The notes under the pieces are model-generated. The model saw only the letters and a program-made list of their open reading frames with translations, was not told the DNA's origin and did no database searches. Below, one piece after another: positions 8,424-18,150 of a DNA stretch of 28,353 bases (the stretch's first letter is position 1; each line of letters starts with the position of its first letter). The position numbers and the translations under genes are program-made. Origin of the DNA: an uncultured Oscillospiraceae bacterium (lineage in GTDB: Bacteria; Bacillota; Clostridia; Oscillospirales; Oscillospiraceae); assembly GCA_964649425.1 (NCBI GenBank), contig CAZYTE010000001.1, positions 1 through 28,353 of the forward strand, written 5' to 3'.

Positions 8424-9244
8424 CTCTTTCTCCTCCATGCAAACCATGTGGCAACTGTGTTTGCCAGCAATACAATGATCATCAGAACAAAGGCTGTGCC
8501 ATAGGCGTTTTCAGGGGCAACACCCTGGGTAAGCAGAGTGTGCAGATGATTTGGCAGAGCCATAGCAGGCTTCATAAGGCTTTTTGGAACCTTGGACATG
8601 ATAACAGCGCCTGTGAATATAAGGGGAGCTGCGGCACCCATTGCGTAGCAGGAGCCCAGAATAACGGCAGATATAAGCTGAGGCAGGCTCTGGGGGAGAA
8701 CTATCCTCCAAATGGTGTGGCAGCAGGAAATTCCCAAAGCGTAAGAAGCTTTTACAAGATTCATATCGGCTTCCCGGAGGGCTTTCTCTGCTCTTACCTG
8801 AATAAAGGGCAAAATCATAATGCCCTGAGTAATGCCGCCTGCCAGAATGCATTTGCCCCAACCAAAGCTGAGTACCATCAGCGAGTAGCCGAAAAGACCC
8901 ATAACAATAGAAGGCACACCTGCCATACACTGCATTACAAGGGAAATAGCGGAAGAAAGCTTCTCGCTCTTGCAGTAGTAGATTTGATATATTGCAGTGG
9001 AAATTCCCAGAATTGAGGCAAATACCGCTGCAATAAGAGTATAGTACAGACTGCCGACTATGGCAGGCAGTATTCCGCCTTCGGTGCCGATTATAAGACC
9101 TTTGGGTATCTCCGTCAAGAATTCCCAGGTAATGGCCTTTGCGCCTTTAGCGAAAATGTAGGCGAATATGAAAAGAATAAGTCCCAGCACGAGGAAGCAG
9201 GACAGACTTGCCCAAAGTCTGATAAATCCGGTTTTGATTTTCAC
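8420..9244 (-). CDS. pstA: PstA-like ABC permease
   Basis: GGILPAIVGS, AGVPSIVMGLFG, EAA-like loop KASYALG; GTGA overlap with pstC. Confidence 0.85.
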   Translation of the reverse strand: MKIKTGFIRLWASLSCFLVLGLILFIFAYIFAKGAKAITWEFLTEIPKGLIIGTEGGILPAIVGSLYYTLIAAVFASILGISTAIYQIYYCKSEKLSSAISLVMQCMAGVPSIVMGLFGYSLMVLSFGWGKCILAGGITQGIMILPFIQVRAEKALREADMNLVKASYALGISCCHTIWRIVLPQSLPQLISAVILGSCYAMGAAAPLIFTGAVIMSKVPKSLMKPAMALPNHLHTLLTQGVAPENAYGTAFVLMIIVLLANTVATWFAWRRKR

Positions 9245-10119
9245 AGACTGCCCTCCTTGCTGAGCTTCTTCTTGATAAGTTCGAAGATAATGTTAATGGC
9301 AAAAAGTATGACCATTAATGCAAGACCTGCAAAATAAAGGGCACTGAAGTGTGTGCTGCCCAACTCTGCCATACCCATTTCCATAGCGATCAGCGCAGAC
9401 AGCGTTTCGCCCTTTCCCAAAAGGGTGGGTTTTGCCATGGCATTGCCAAGCACCATCATAACAGCCATCGTTTCGCCCATGGCTCTGCCTGTTGCAAGAG
9501 CCATGCTGATAAGAATTCCGCGGCCTGAGGCGGGGAGAACAAGCTGGCTTGCCATGTACCAGCGAGAGATGCCCATGGCTCTGGAAGACGCACCGTAGCG
9601 CTCGTGAATGTGGACCATGGTGTCGCAGCAGGAAGAAATCATATAGGGAAGAATCATTACAGAAAGAACTATTCCGCCTGCCAAAATGGATTCACCTGCA
9701 GCTCTGCCGCAGTTTTCAATGAATTTAACAACTACATAAAGACCTATAAAACCGTATACCACGGAAGGCACACTTGCCAACAGGTCAATATACGGCATAA
9801 TGAGTGTACGCTGCTTGTCGCTTGCGGTGCAGGCGAGAAACAGCGCGCAGCCCACACCTATAACAAAAGCCAGCAGCACAGCCAGCACGGAAACATAAAC
9901 CGTGGACAGTATCATGTTTCGCATACCGTAACTTGGGGCGTCTTTGTAAATAACCGGCCGCCATTCGCTGCCAAACAGCAATGCTTTCAAGCCTACCTCG
10001 CGGATAGCCGGCAGGCTTTCACGGACTATAAAGAAAATCAGGAAAGCCAGAATCATAACCGCTGCCAGGGACAAGATGCCGATGGTTACGGAAAAAACTC
10101 TGTCGAAAGTTTTTCGCAT
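9241..10119 (-). CDS. pstC: PstC-like ABC permease
   Basis: LASVPSVVYGFIG, GRAMGETMAVMMV; SD GGAGGGG before ATG 10119. Confidence 0.88.
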   Translation of the reverse strand: MRKTFDRVFSVTIGILSLAAVMILAFLIFFIVRESLPAIREVGLKALLFGSEWRPVIYKDAPSYGMRNMILSTVYVSVLAVLLAFVIGVGCALFLACTASDKQRTLIMPYIDLLASVPSVVYGFIGLYVVVKFIENCGRAAGESILAGGIVLSVMILPYMISSCCDTMVHIHERYGASSRAMGISRWYMASQLVLPASGRGILISMALATGRAMGETMAVMMVLGNAMAKPTLLGKGETLSALIAMEMGMAELGSTHFSALYFAGLALMVILFAINIIFELIKKKLSKEGSL

Positions 10120-10145
10120 TTGCTCCCCTCCTTTTTTCAATAAGT

Positions 10146-10182
10146 AAAAGGCTGCCACTGCTTATGCGGGCAATGGCAGCCT
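10146..10182 (-). terminator. Stem-loop after pstS (partial terminator or mRNA stabiliser)
   Basis: Minus strand aggctgccattgc-ccgcataa-gcagtggcagcc followed by tttt, in the pstS-pstC gap. Confidence 0.7.
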
Positions 10183-10197
10183 GATAATATCAGCGGC

Positions 10198-11157
10198 TTA
10201 GTATGCGGGGATGTAGCCGTTCTCAACAACGATCTCGCGACCGATGTCAGAGAAAATGTAGTCAACAAATGCCTCTTCAGCTGCATCCAGAGCGCGGTTG
10301 GTAACGAACAGAACAGGTCGCTGGATGATGTAGCTGCCGTTCAGGATATTCTCCTCAGAGGGTTCAACACCGTTTACCTTGAATGCAAACAGATTGTCCA
10401 GGTTCTGGTTGTAAACGCCATAGCCTGCATAGCCGATAGCGTACTCGTTTTCAACGATCTTTGCAGCCAGAGCGCCCATAGAGGGGGTCTGGATGGCGTT
10501 CTCGGAGATAGGAGTGCCATTCATGACGCTCTTGTCAAACACTTCGGCAGCGCCGCCGGACAGGTCACGGATAACGACAACGATTTCCTTGTGCTCCAGA
10601 GATGCATCTACCTCATCCCAGTATGCGATCTCGCCGGAGAAAATCTTTGCCAGAGTCTCAGTGTCAAAGTCGTCAATGATCTGGCAGACAGGGTTGTTCT
10701 TGTTGACGGAGATGGTCAGAGCGTCAGATGCGACCATGTACTCAACATAGCCTGCACCCAGTTTCTCTTTCTCGCCGTCCTTTACAGCGCGAGCCAGCAT
10801 ACCGAAGTCAGCAGTGCCTTCAATAACGCTGGAGGGACCTTCGCCGGAGCCGGCGGAGGTGACAGCAATATCAATCTCTTCGGCTGCAAATGCGGGGTTG
10901 ACCTTGTCCCAAGTGCCGAACTCTTCCAAATACCTGGCACCGATGGAGGCGATAACGGGTGCAAGAGAAGAGGAGCCGCAGAAGTGGATCTGAGGATCGA
11001 TCTCGATGGGAGTGACAGCAGGGGACTCGGGCTCGGAGGGAGTTGCAGTTGCTGCAGGAGCAGCAGGCTCAGCGGGGGTTTCGGCGGCGGTGCCGCCGCA
11101 TGCTGCCAGACCCAGTACCATGACAAGCGTCAGCAGAATAGAAATTAACTTTTTCAT
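10198..11157 (-). CDS. pstS: PstS-like substrate-binding lipoprotein
   Basis: Lipobox LAAC, Pro/Ala linker, GSSS, GSGEG, AIGY, Y.IQRP motifs of the PBP-like phosphate-binding fold; several ligand positions are atypical. Confidence 0.8.
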   Translation of the reverse strand: MKKLISILLTLVMVLGLAACGGTAAETPAEPAAPAATATPSEPESPAVTPIEIDPQIHFCGSSSLAPVIASIGARYLEEFGTWDKVNPAFAAEEIDIAVTSAGSGEGPSSVIEGTADFGMLARAVKDGEKEKLGAGYVEYMVASDALTISVNKNNPVCQIIDDFDTETLAKIFSGEIAYWDEVDASLEHKEIVVVIRDLSGGAAEVFDKSVMNGTPISENAIQTPSMGALAAKIVENEYAIGYAGYGVYNQNLDNLFAFKVNGVEPSEENILNGSYIIQRPVLFVTNRALDAAEEAFVDYIFSDIGREIVVENGYIPAY

Positions 11158-11328
11158 AAAGCATTCTTCCTTTCATATTTGTTATTCAGGGCTTACAAAA
11201 ACCCATCTTTGCTAAGTATAATAAAAGAAATCACTGTTAAATGCAATTAGTGAAAGGAATAAAAAACGGCTGTTATTTTTAGGAATATTTTATATAATTT
11301 GGTAAAATTGTGCTAAGTGGGATTAATA

Positions 11329-11357
11329 TGCAACAAAACTCCTTGACTTGTTGTCTG
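11329..11357 (+). promoter_or_regulatory. Possible ECF-type autoregulatory promoter (TGCAAC-N17-TGTCTG)
   Basis: AAC-type -35 and GTC-type -10 upstream of the ECF sigma gene; ATGCAAC also occurs upstream of the second ECF gene (27997-28003). Confidence 0.4.
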
Positions 11358-11392
11358 TATATGTGAGAGCGCTCAGAATCAGAGGTGTCATT

Positions 11393-11950
11393 ATGGAAGA
11401 TATAAGAATATTAGATCTGTTCCGGCAGCGTGATACAGCAGCCATAGAAGAAACAGACATAAAATACGGAACTGTCTGCCGCCGGATTTCCCTGGACATC
11501 GTGAAAAGTTGGGAAGATGCAGAGGAATGTGTGGATGACAGTTATATGTCGCTCTGGAACAGTATCCCACCTCAGAGACCTGACAGCCTGGCGGCCTACC
11601 TTTTCAGAATAGTCCGGAATCACAGCTTTAACCGCATAAAGGAAAAACTGGCCCAAAAGCGGGGCGGGGGAGAGACTGAGCTGATCCTGGATGAGCTGGA
11701 GGGCTGCCTTGCATCGGATTTTTCCGTGGAAAAGGCATATGAGGCAAAGGAGCTTGCGGAGCAGATTAATCGATTTTTATATTCTCTTTCCAGGGATGAC
11801 AGAGTCATATTCACCGGTCGCTACTGGCTTATGCTTCAGACCGCTGAAATTGCAAAGCGTTATGGTTTCAGCGAGAGCAAGGTGCGGACTTCTCTGCACA
11901 GAAGCAGAAAAAAGCTGCATAAGCATTTATTGAAGGAGGAGCTTATATGA
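11393..11950 (+). CDS. ECF sigma-70 factor
   Basis: Region 2 DAEECVDDSYMSLWNSIPPQRP...YLFRIVRN; region 4 EIAKRYGFSESKVRTSLHRSRKKL; SD GAGGTG before ATG 11393. Confidence 0.95.
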   Translation: MEDIRILDLFRQRDTAAIEETDIKYGTVCRRISLDIVKSWEDAEECVDDSYMSLWNSIPPQRPDSLAAYLFRIVRNHSFNRIKEKLAQKRGGGETELILDELEGCLASDFSVEKAYEAKELAEQINRFLYSLSRDDRVIFTGRYWLMLQTAEIAKRYGFSESKVRTSLHRSRKKLHKHLLKEELI

Positions 11951-13029
11951 AAGCGCTTGACTTTGTTGAGGCAATGGGCCTGTTAGACGACCGGATAATT
12001 CTGGAGGTCGTTAAACCTATGAAAAATAGCAAAATAAGAAGAAAATCATTAACAAGCATTTTAATCGCTGCGGCTTTGATTTTTGCCCTGAGCATCACGG
12101 CCTACGCAGTCAACAGCTTTAACCGGCAGCGCAGACAGGAAATTAAGGAGCAGCTGTCGGTGGAGCAGAATAACGTGGCAGGCTATGTGGAATACCAGCA
12201 GGAGCAGGAAAGCGGGCTTACGCTGCTGTCTGCCATCAACAACGGAAGTTTTCAGGATGTGTATGTGAACATTTCTCCGGTCAGTGAAGATGATGCCCGG
12301 GCTGCTGTGGGAGGAGATAAGTTCCGCTGGTCCATAGACGGAGGCAGCAGCGGCGGCTTTGCCTCAGTTTGCTTTGATGTAAACAAGCTGACACAGGCAG
12401 ACCTTGTAACGGTTCACAATGAAGAGCTGGGCACCACTTTCCAGACTTACGATATTGAAAGAGTCCGGGATGTGGCAATGGAAGACTCTTACGACGTTGA
12501 AAGCAAAACATTGACCCTGAAGCTCAGTATTCCCAGTGATTGGCTTGAGGGAAAGTCCGAAGTGGAACTGAGCATTTATAGCGTAGACGAGAACTACGAA
12601 GTTACAGCCTGTCTGGGAAAAGCAAAGTTCAGTCCCACCGGGCTTGAAATGCGGGAGATAAGGTTTGATAATGCAGTGACATTTGAAAATGAGACCACTG
12701 GCGAAAACGGCAGAATTCTTGGTTTGCGTCTGAGTGCCACCGGCATGAGCTGGCTCATTGAAATCCCCGGCGCAGAGAGCTTTGCCGACGGAAATGCGGA
12801 CACAAAGGAAAAACAGGAATTGCTCACGAGTTGGTTTACCGCAGTGGACAAGACCCTTTCCGACAGCAAGCTGATTTTTGCGGACGGTACTAAGAAGACG
12901 GTCTATGCCGGAGAGAGTCTCCCCTATGAGGCCGGACTTGTTCTCGGCGAGGTGAACTGGTATGGCAGCGTTGACGTGAACGGCTGTACCGCGGTAGAAA
13001 TCATGGGGCAAATAATTGAAATCAGATAA
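11947..13029 (+). CDS. Putative membrane anti-sigma factor (DUF4179-like)
   Basis: ATGA overlap with the sigma gene; short N-terminal AMGLLDDRIILE segment, one TM (ILIAAALIFALSITAYAV) and a large acidic extracytoplasmic domain. Confidence 0.7.
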   Translation: MKALDFVEAMGLLDDRIILEVVKPMKNSKIRRKSLTSILIAAALIFALSITAYAVNSFNRQRRQEIKEQLSVEQNNVAGYVEYQQEQESGLTLLSAINNGSFQDVYVNISPVSEDDARAAVGGDKFRWSIDGGSSGGFASVCFDVNKLTQADLVTVHNEELGTTFQTYDIERVRDVAMEDSYDVESKTLTLKLSIPSDWLEGKSEVELSIYSVDENYEVTACLGKAKFSPTGLEMREIRFDNAVTFENETTGENGRILGLRLSATGMSWLIEIPGAESFADGNADTKEKQELLTSWFTAVDKTLSDSKLIFADGTKKTVYAGESLPYEAGLVLGEVNWYGSVDVNGCTAVEIMGQIIEIR

Positions 13030-13062
13030 AAAATAAGTGCGGATTATCCGCACTTATTTTTT
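13028..13062. terminator. Bidirectional terminator
   Basis: aaaaaataagtgcggat-t-atccgcacttatttttt: 17-bp inverted repeat overlapping the stops of both convergent genes. Confidence 0.88.
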
Positions 13063-15659
13063 CTTCGTCTATATAGTTTTTTGGCGATTATCAGCATGAG
13101 TATCAGTACTGCCGCAAGAACAAGGCAGGTGAGCCAGTTGAAGCTTTCCATCTGAGAGATCGCAATATAACGGTCACTGCTTTCAGCGTCAAAGACAATA
13201 TAGCTGCCGTCAACTTTGAACTCAGTTTCCCGCCACTGGCCGTCATCGCTTCCCACATAAAGCTTATAAACCTCAAGCTCTGCGGGAATTTTGAAATGGA
13301 AGCTGTCAAGCTCTGCTGTTCCGGACACTTCAAACTCCCAACACTCCACGAGATCTTCATAATCGGGCAGCGCCGGTAAATCAGATGCAGGGAAGATTGA
13401 CAGCCGGTTATTTTCGGTAAACTCACCCAGTGCAAGCAGCAGCGGCATTCCATCGCGGTCCTCTTCACTTTCGATTACCGAGCTGTTGGCGATGTATTGG
13501 GCAGTGAAGCTGATATTATGTACAACGCTTGAAAGAGCCTCAATGTCGTTGCCGGCCCAGAAGGAGCTGTGTCCGACTTTTTCGGGAATTGAGGGCATGT
13601 CAGAGGGCTCAAGGCTGTCGCCGGGCTTGAGGTAAAAGCGCTTTTCGGTGCCGTCTTCAAAAAAGAAGCGGACAAGAACATTGTCAAAAAGCTGAGGCAG
13701 ATCATCAATGGACAGAAACTGCTCAAGATTCAAAGGCTCTGCAAGGCCGGAATAGCTGATGCCGTCAATGGCGCCTATATCACTGTCAGTACGCAGGTAA
13801 AAGTTTGAGGCAAAAGGAGCCTCTGCATCGTTATTGCTGCTTTCCGTGATGCCAAGCACGGCGCCGATTTTTTCGATGCTGTCGTGAATGGTGGACATAG
13901 TCAGGCAGTCTGTTGCAATGCTTGCACTGCCGGCAATGCCGCCCACATATGATGAGCCGTGTATCTCACTCTTGGAGTAGTTGTTCCTGATAAAACCCTG
14001 GCTTCTGCCGGAGATGCCGCCCACATAGTCCGCTGACGCGGCATCGATAACACCGCTGTTTGAGCAGCCTTTAACCAGACCAATATCTTGCAGACCGGCA
14101 ATACCGCCGGCATTTTGCTTTTTACCGGTGACTTTACCGTGATTATCGCAATTGAGCACAACAGCGCGGATTTCACCCTCAAAGTTCAGGGAGAGCTCTC
14201 CGCTCTGCTGCCAATCCTCAAGAATATCCAGGTCATTTTCCACAGAAAGGGCACCGACAATGCCGCCCACATTCGTATCAGCAAGTATATCGCCGTAGTT
14301 CATGCAGTTGTCAATTTTGCCTATCAGTATGTCCGGGGTATCCTCATCGGATACATCCACAAAGCTGCCGCCAAGGGTCTCAGACGCGTCTTCCAAAGTT
14401 TGCCCCATGGCGTTTATCTGCCCTGAGATAGCCTGCAGGTCACTGCTCAGCCCGTGGATGGTGTTTTGTGTGGCGGACGAAATACGGCCCATGGTTTGGG
14501 ACATCTCTGTAAAGGTGCTGCTCAGTGCATTCTGGGCAGCAACGATGGAATCGGGATCAAATGTGCCCTCTGAAAAAAGTACATCCAAAATGTCCACAGC
14601 GGAATATGTCTGATCCTGCAACGCTGCAAGATTACCGGTAATATAACTTGCGTTGCTCTGGGCATTATAGGAGGCCTGATTTACCAGGTCTGACATGGTG
14701 CCCAGCTGCTGCTCCAGGATCTGCAAAGCATCCTGTGAGTACTCCATGACGGAAGCAGGTTCCATCTGGCCTACGATGCCTCCGACTTCTTTTCGGCCCA
14801 GGATCTGAACATAGTTTTTGCAGTCAGCAATATAGCCGGACTGAGTGCCTGCAATGCCGCCTATATTATAGCCCATGTGCTGATAGCCCACATTCCCGTA
14901 ATTGCTGCAGGCTCTGATAACACCATTGCTTATGCCCGCGATGCCGCCTACATCGGTAACGGTGTTGGCAGATTCGGAGCCGGTCATGGATTCCATACTT
15001 ATGTCCTCAAGCTCAACGCTGTTTTGCCGGGCAGAAGTGTTGACCTCGGCAGAATTGACACAGTTTCTGATCACGCCGTTGTTTTCACCTGCAATACCGC
15101 CTACAAAATGGTCGCCGAAAAGCTCGCCGTTGACGCTGCAGCTGTCAATAATACCGCTGACAGTGTTGATTCCAGCCAAGCCGCCTACCTGCTCGCTGCC
15201 GGACAGGGATCCGGAAAAGCTGCAGCCGATTATGCTGCCTGAGTTGCTGCCGGCAATGCCGCCGACCTGGTTATGGCTTCCCTCGGGCTGAATATCACCG
15301 GAGACCTTGAGATTTCTGATTTCAGCGCCCGCTGCAACATAGCGGAACAGACCCTGAACAGAGCCGTAACCGTCCACTTTGAGTCCGGAGATGCTATGGC
15401 CCTTGCCGTCAAAGCTGCCGCAGAAAATGGGTATGCTTTCAAACTCGCAGCCGGAGAGATCAATGTCTTTTTCAAGAATAACATTTAGATTCTGGCTGAA
15501 GCTGTCCAAACGGCAGTTTTCCGCAAAAGCCAGAAATTCCTCGGCAGAGGAAATTACAAGCTCGCGGCTTGAATCAGCAACATCCTCATCTGCAAAGGCG
15601 CTGACAGACAGGCAGAAAAGCAGAGTCAGGCAAAGCAGAAGACTAATTATCTTTTTCAT
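13044..15659 (-). CDS. Secreted, C-terminally membrane-anchored GLUG-repeat protein
   Basis: Signal peptide MKKIISLLLCL...SAFA; about 11 VGGIAG-type GLUG repeats in two blocks; helical insert; C-terminal TM followed by KKLYRRRK. Start reassigned to 15659 using the AGGAGG SD. Confidence 0.82.
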   Translation of the reverse strand: MKKIISLLLCLTLLFCLSVSAFADEDVADSSRELVISSAEEFLAFAENCRLDSFSQNLNVILEKDIDLSGCEFESIPIFCGSFDGKGHSISGLKVDGYGSVQGLFRYVAAGAEIRNLKVSGDIQPEGSHNQVGGIAGSNSGSIIGCSFSGSLSGSEQVGGLAGINTVSGIIDSCSVNGELFGDHFVGGIAGENNGVIRNCVNSAEVNTSARQNSVELEDISMESMTGSESANTVTDVGGIAGISNGVIRACSNYGNVGYQHMGYNIGGIAGTQSGYIADCKNYVQILGRKEVGGIVGQMEPASVMEYSQDALQILEQQLGTMSDLVNQASYNAQSNASYITGNLAALQDQTYSAVDILDVLFSEGTFDPDSIVAAQNALSSTFTEMSQTMGRISSATQNTIHGLSSDLQAISGQINAMGQTLEDASETLGGSFVDVSDEDTPDILIGKIDNCMNYGDILADTNVGGIVGALSVENDLDILEDWQQSGELSLNFEGEIRAVVLNCDNHGKVTGKKQNAGGIAGLQDIGLVKGCSNSGVIDAASADYVGGISGRSQGFIRNNYSKSEIHGSSYVGGIAGSASIATDCLTMSTIHDSIEKIGAVLGITESSNNDAEAPFASNFYLRTDSDIGAIDGISYSGLAEPLNLEQFLSIDDLPQLFDNVLVRFFFEDGTEKRFYLKPGDSLEPSDMPSIPEKVGHSSFWAGNDIEALSSVVHNISFTAQYIANSSVIESEEDRDGMPLLLALGEFTENNRLSIFPASDLPALPDYEDLVECWEFEVSGTAELDSFHFKIPAELEVYKLYVGSDDGQWRETEFKVDGSYIVFDAESSDRYIAISQMESFNWLTCLVLAAVLILMLIIAKKLYRRRKNKCG

Positions 15660-18090
15660 TGTCTTCATCGCCTCCTTTGCTGATTTTTCCATCGGTGGAG
15701 ATGGATGCGTTCAATTCACCGTGGATAAAGCCGTCAATATCCGCATCAACTATGCCGGAGATATAGCCGCGCACATGGCCCTGAACACGCATTGTACCGG
15801 TGGCGGTTTTTGCTTTGGGTTCAAGTGCCTTGATGCGGAAGCTGGTGCGCTCAATGATGGAATCACCCAGAACCAGAATGGAGGGCAGCACAAAGAGCAC
15901 GAGGAACATAGAGATAATGGTGCCGCGGCCAAGGCAGGAACCCATAATAGATACAACGGGCTGGGCAGACATGTTGCCGATAAGAAGACCGGCCGAGGAC
16001 AACATGATGCCGGATGTAAACACCGTGGGAAAAGCGGAGTTGAGAGCGGGAATGATGGCCTCCTTATGAGGCATATGGGCTTTCAGCTCCTGATAATGGC
16101 TGGATATAACAATTGCATAGTCGATATTTGCGCCCATCATTATGGCGTTGACTATCAGATAACCCAGGAAATACAGCGGCTCCCCGGTGAGAGTAGGGAT
16201 GGAAAAGTTTATCCAGATACTGCCCTGGATAACAACGATCAGAAGAACAGGAAGGCCCGCCGACTGGAAAGTAAACAGCAGAACGATTATAACAAAGAAT
16301 GCGGACAGAATTGAGATGAGCAGATTATCTCCGATAAAAGAAGCGGCGAGATCCCTGGAACTCGTGGAATTGCCGACTACATAGTAATCATCCTCGTAAT
16401 ACTTACCCATGATGCCCCGGAGCTGATCCAGAAACTCGTAGGTCTCTTCACCCTCCTCGGGCAGGTCAAGGTAAACCACCATGCGGCTGTATTTGTCGTT
16501 CTTCAGCTGCAGCTGAGCAAGATCAAGCTGATCAAACAGCTCGTCCACCATCTGCTGATCTTCGCTTACAAGATTGATGTTGTGATCTTCCAGCTGCTCC
16601 TTAAGAAATATGAACATATCGAACATGGGTACGGTATATTCATCCAGACCGCTTATGATCTCACCGTACTGGTTGTTTTCGGACGCGTAGGCAGCGTAGA
16701 GAAGCTGGATGACCTCGTAGTCCATGCCCAAAAGCTCGGAAAGCTCACGGGGATTCAGTGAATCTGTCAGCTTATATCCATCCATTGCCTCAATTCCGGC
16801 AAGACCCATTGTGCTCTTGACCTGAGGCAATGTGCTAAGCTCCTCAAGTATCTTCCCCTCAGCTTCATAATCGCCGCTGGGAACAACAAGAGCAACCATG
16901 TTGTTGCTGCCGAATTGATCCCTGATTTTGAAGTAAGCGTGCTGACGATCGGTCATTTTTGTGGTCTGAAGATCATTGTAGCTGTATGCATAGGGACACT
17001 GATTGGAGAGGTAAAACGCACCAATAATCACGAAGACGAAAAGCACAGGCACGACACGTCGCATTTTTACTGCAAATTTGCCTACAAAGCTGATGTTGGG
17101 CAGCAGCTTTTTGTGCCTTGTTTTGTCAATGAGAGGGCAGAACACCACCAGAAGGCCGGGCATCAGAGTGAATACAGACAGCAGGCTCAGCAGAATGGCC
17201 TTTATTAGCACAATGGCCATATCAAGTCCAATGCCGAACTCCATAAATCCAAGAGCAGCCAAACCGCTGACAGTGGTAAGGGAGGATGCGCTGATTTCGG
17301 GAATTGCCTTGCTCAGGGCGGTAATAGCGGCTTCTCTGGCGTCTTTGGTCTCATGCTCGTCAGAGAAACGGTGGCATAGAATGATCGCATAGTCTATGGC
17401 CAGAGCAAGCTGCAGAACGACTGCGATGGAGTCGGAAATGAAGCTTATCTTGCCGCAGAGAAAGTTTGTTCCCATATTCAGGAGCGCGGCGGCACCAAAG
17501 GTTATAAGCAGCACGGGCACTTCCATGTATGCCCTTGATGTCAGGGTGAGCACCGTTATGATGATAATGACTGCAACTATAAGAATTGTAGTCATCTCAG
17601 CCCGCAGCAATGCGTTGTCATCCTGTCCTACCAGGGTGTACATGGAGGTGTCATAAGCCGAGAGCATTGTCTCAATCTCTGCGACAGCCTGCAGGCTTAT
17701 TTCATCAAAGTTTCCGCCGGCAAAGCTGATATCATAGAGCGCGGCGGCATCCTTGTAGTGCTCGGGATTACCATCGAAGCTGACCATATCGATGCCCTCA
17801 ATTTTGACGAGCTTATCGTAAATTTCCTGCGCGGTTTCATATGTAATATTAGAGACCATCACCTGAGCGGTGCCGAAGGTGGTGAAATTCTCGTTCATGG
17901 CTTCAATGCCCTGTCTGGTCTCAGTTTCCTCAGGCAGATAGGTGGTTACATCGTTTTCAACCTCTACCCAGTTCATTGAAAAAATACAGAATACCAGGGC
18001 GAAAATGTAGAGCAGAAAGAACATATTTCGTTTATCTACCACAAAAGTGGCCATCTTTTCAAAAAGACTGTTATTTTTTTTCTTGCTCAT
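15643..18090 (-). CDS. MMPL/RND-family transporter
   Basis: Two repeats of 1+5 TM with large loops; conserved proton-relay DY pairs ALAIDYAII and GANIDYAIV; SD AGGAG before ATG 18090. Confidence 0.92.
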   Translation of the reverse strand: MSKKKNNSLFEKMATFVVDKRNMFFLLYIFALVFCIFSMNWVEVENDVTTYLPEETETRQGIEAMNENFTTFGTAQVMVSNITYETAQEIYDKLVKIEGIDMVSFDGNPEHYKDAAALYDISFAGGNFDEISLQAVAEIETMLSAYDTSMYTLVGQDDNALLRAEMTTILIVAVIIIITVLTLTSRAYMEVPVLLITFGAAALLNMGTNFLCGKISFISDSIAVVLQLALAIDYAIILCHRFSDEHETKDAREAAITALSKAIPEISASSLTTVSGLAALGFMEFGIGLDMAIVLIKAILLSLLSVFTLMPGLLVVFCPLIDKTRHKKLLPNISFVGKFAVKMRRVVPVLFVFVIIGAFYLSNQCPYAYSYNDLQTTKMTDRQHAYFKIRDQFGSNNMVALVVPSGDYEAEGKILEELSTLPQVKSTMGLAGIEAMDGYKLTDSLNPRELSELLGMDYEVIQLLYAAYASENNQYGEIISGLDEYTVPMFDMFIFLKEQLEDHNINLVSEDQQMVDELFDQLDLAQLQLKNDKYSRMVVYLDLPEEGEETYEFLDQLRGIMGKYYEDDYYVVGNSTSSRDLAASFIGDNLLISILSAFFVIIVLLFTFQSAGLPVLLIVVIQGSIWINFSIPTLTGEPLYFLGYLIVNAIMMGANIDYAIVISSHYQELKAHMPHKEAIIPALNSAFPTVFTSGIMLSSAGLLIGNMSAQPVVSIMGSCLGRGTIISMFLVLFVLPSILVLGDSIIERTSFRIKALEPKAKTATGTMRVQGHVRGYISGIVDADIDGFIHGELNASISTDGKISKGGDEDNEKDN

Positions 18091-18121
18091 TATTTCTCCT
18101 AAAAAAATTAAATTTTTTTTA

Positions 18122-18150
18122 ATTATAATGAAATAGATCATGCGTAGCAA
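18122..18150 (-). promoter_or_regulatory. Sigma-70/A promoter TTGCTA-N17-TATAAT for the MMPL operon
   Basis: Minus strand ttgcta-cgcatgatctatttcat-tataat, about 30 nt before the start codon. Confidence 0.7.

Noticed and set aside
11160..11330. Pho box upstream of pstS
   Set aside because: Only a single TTTAACA; no 11-bp periodic repeat.
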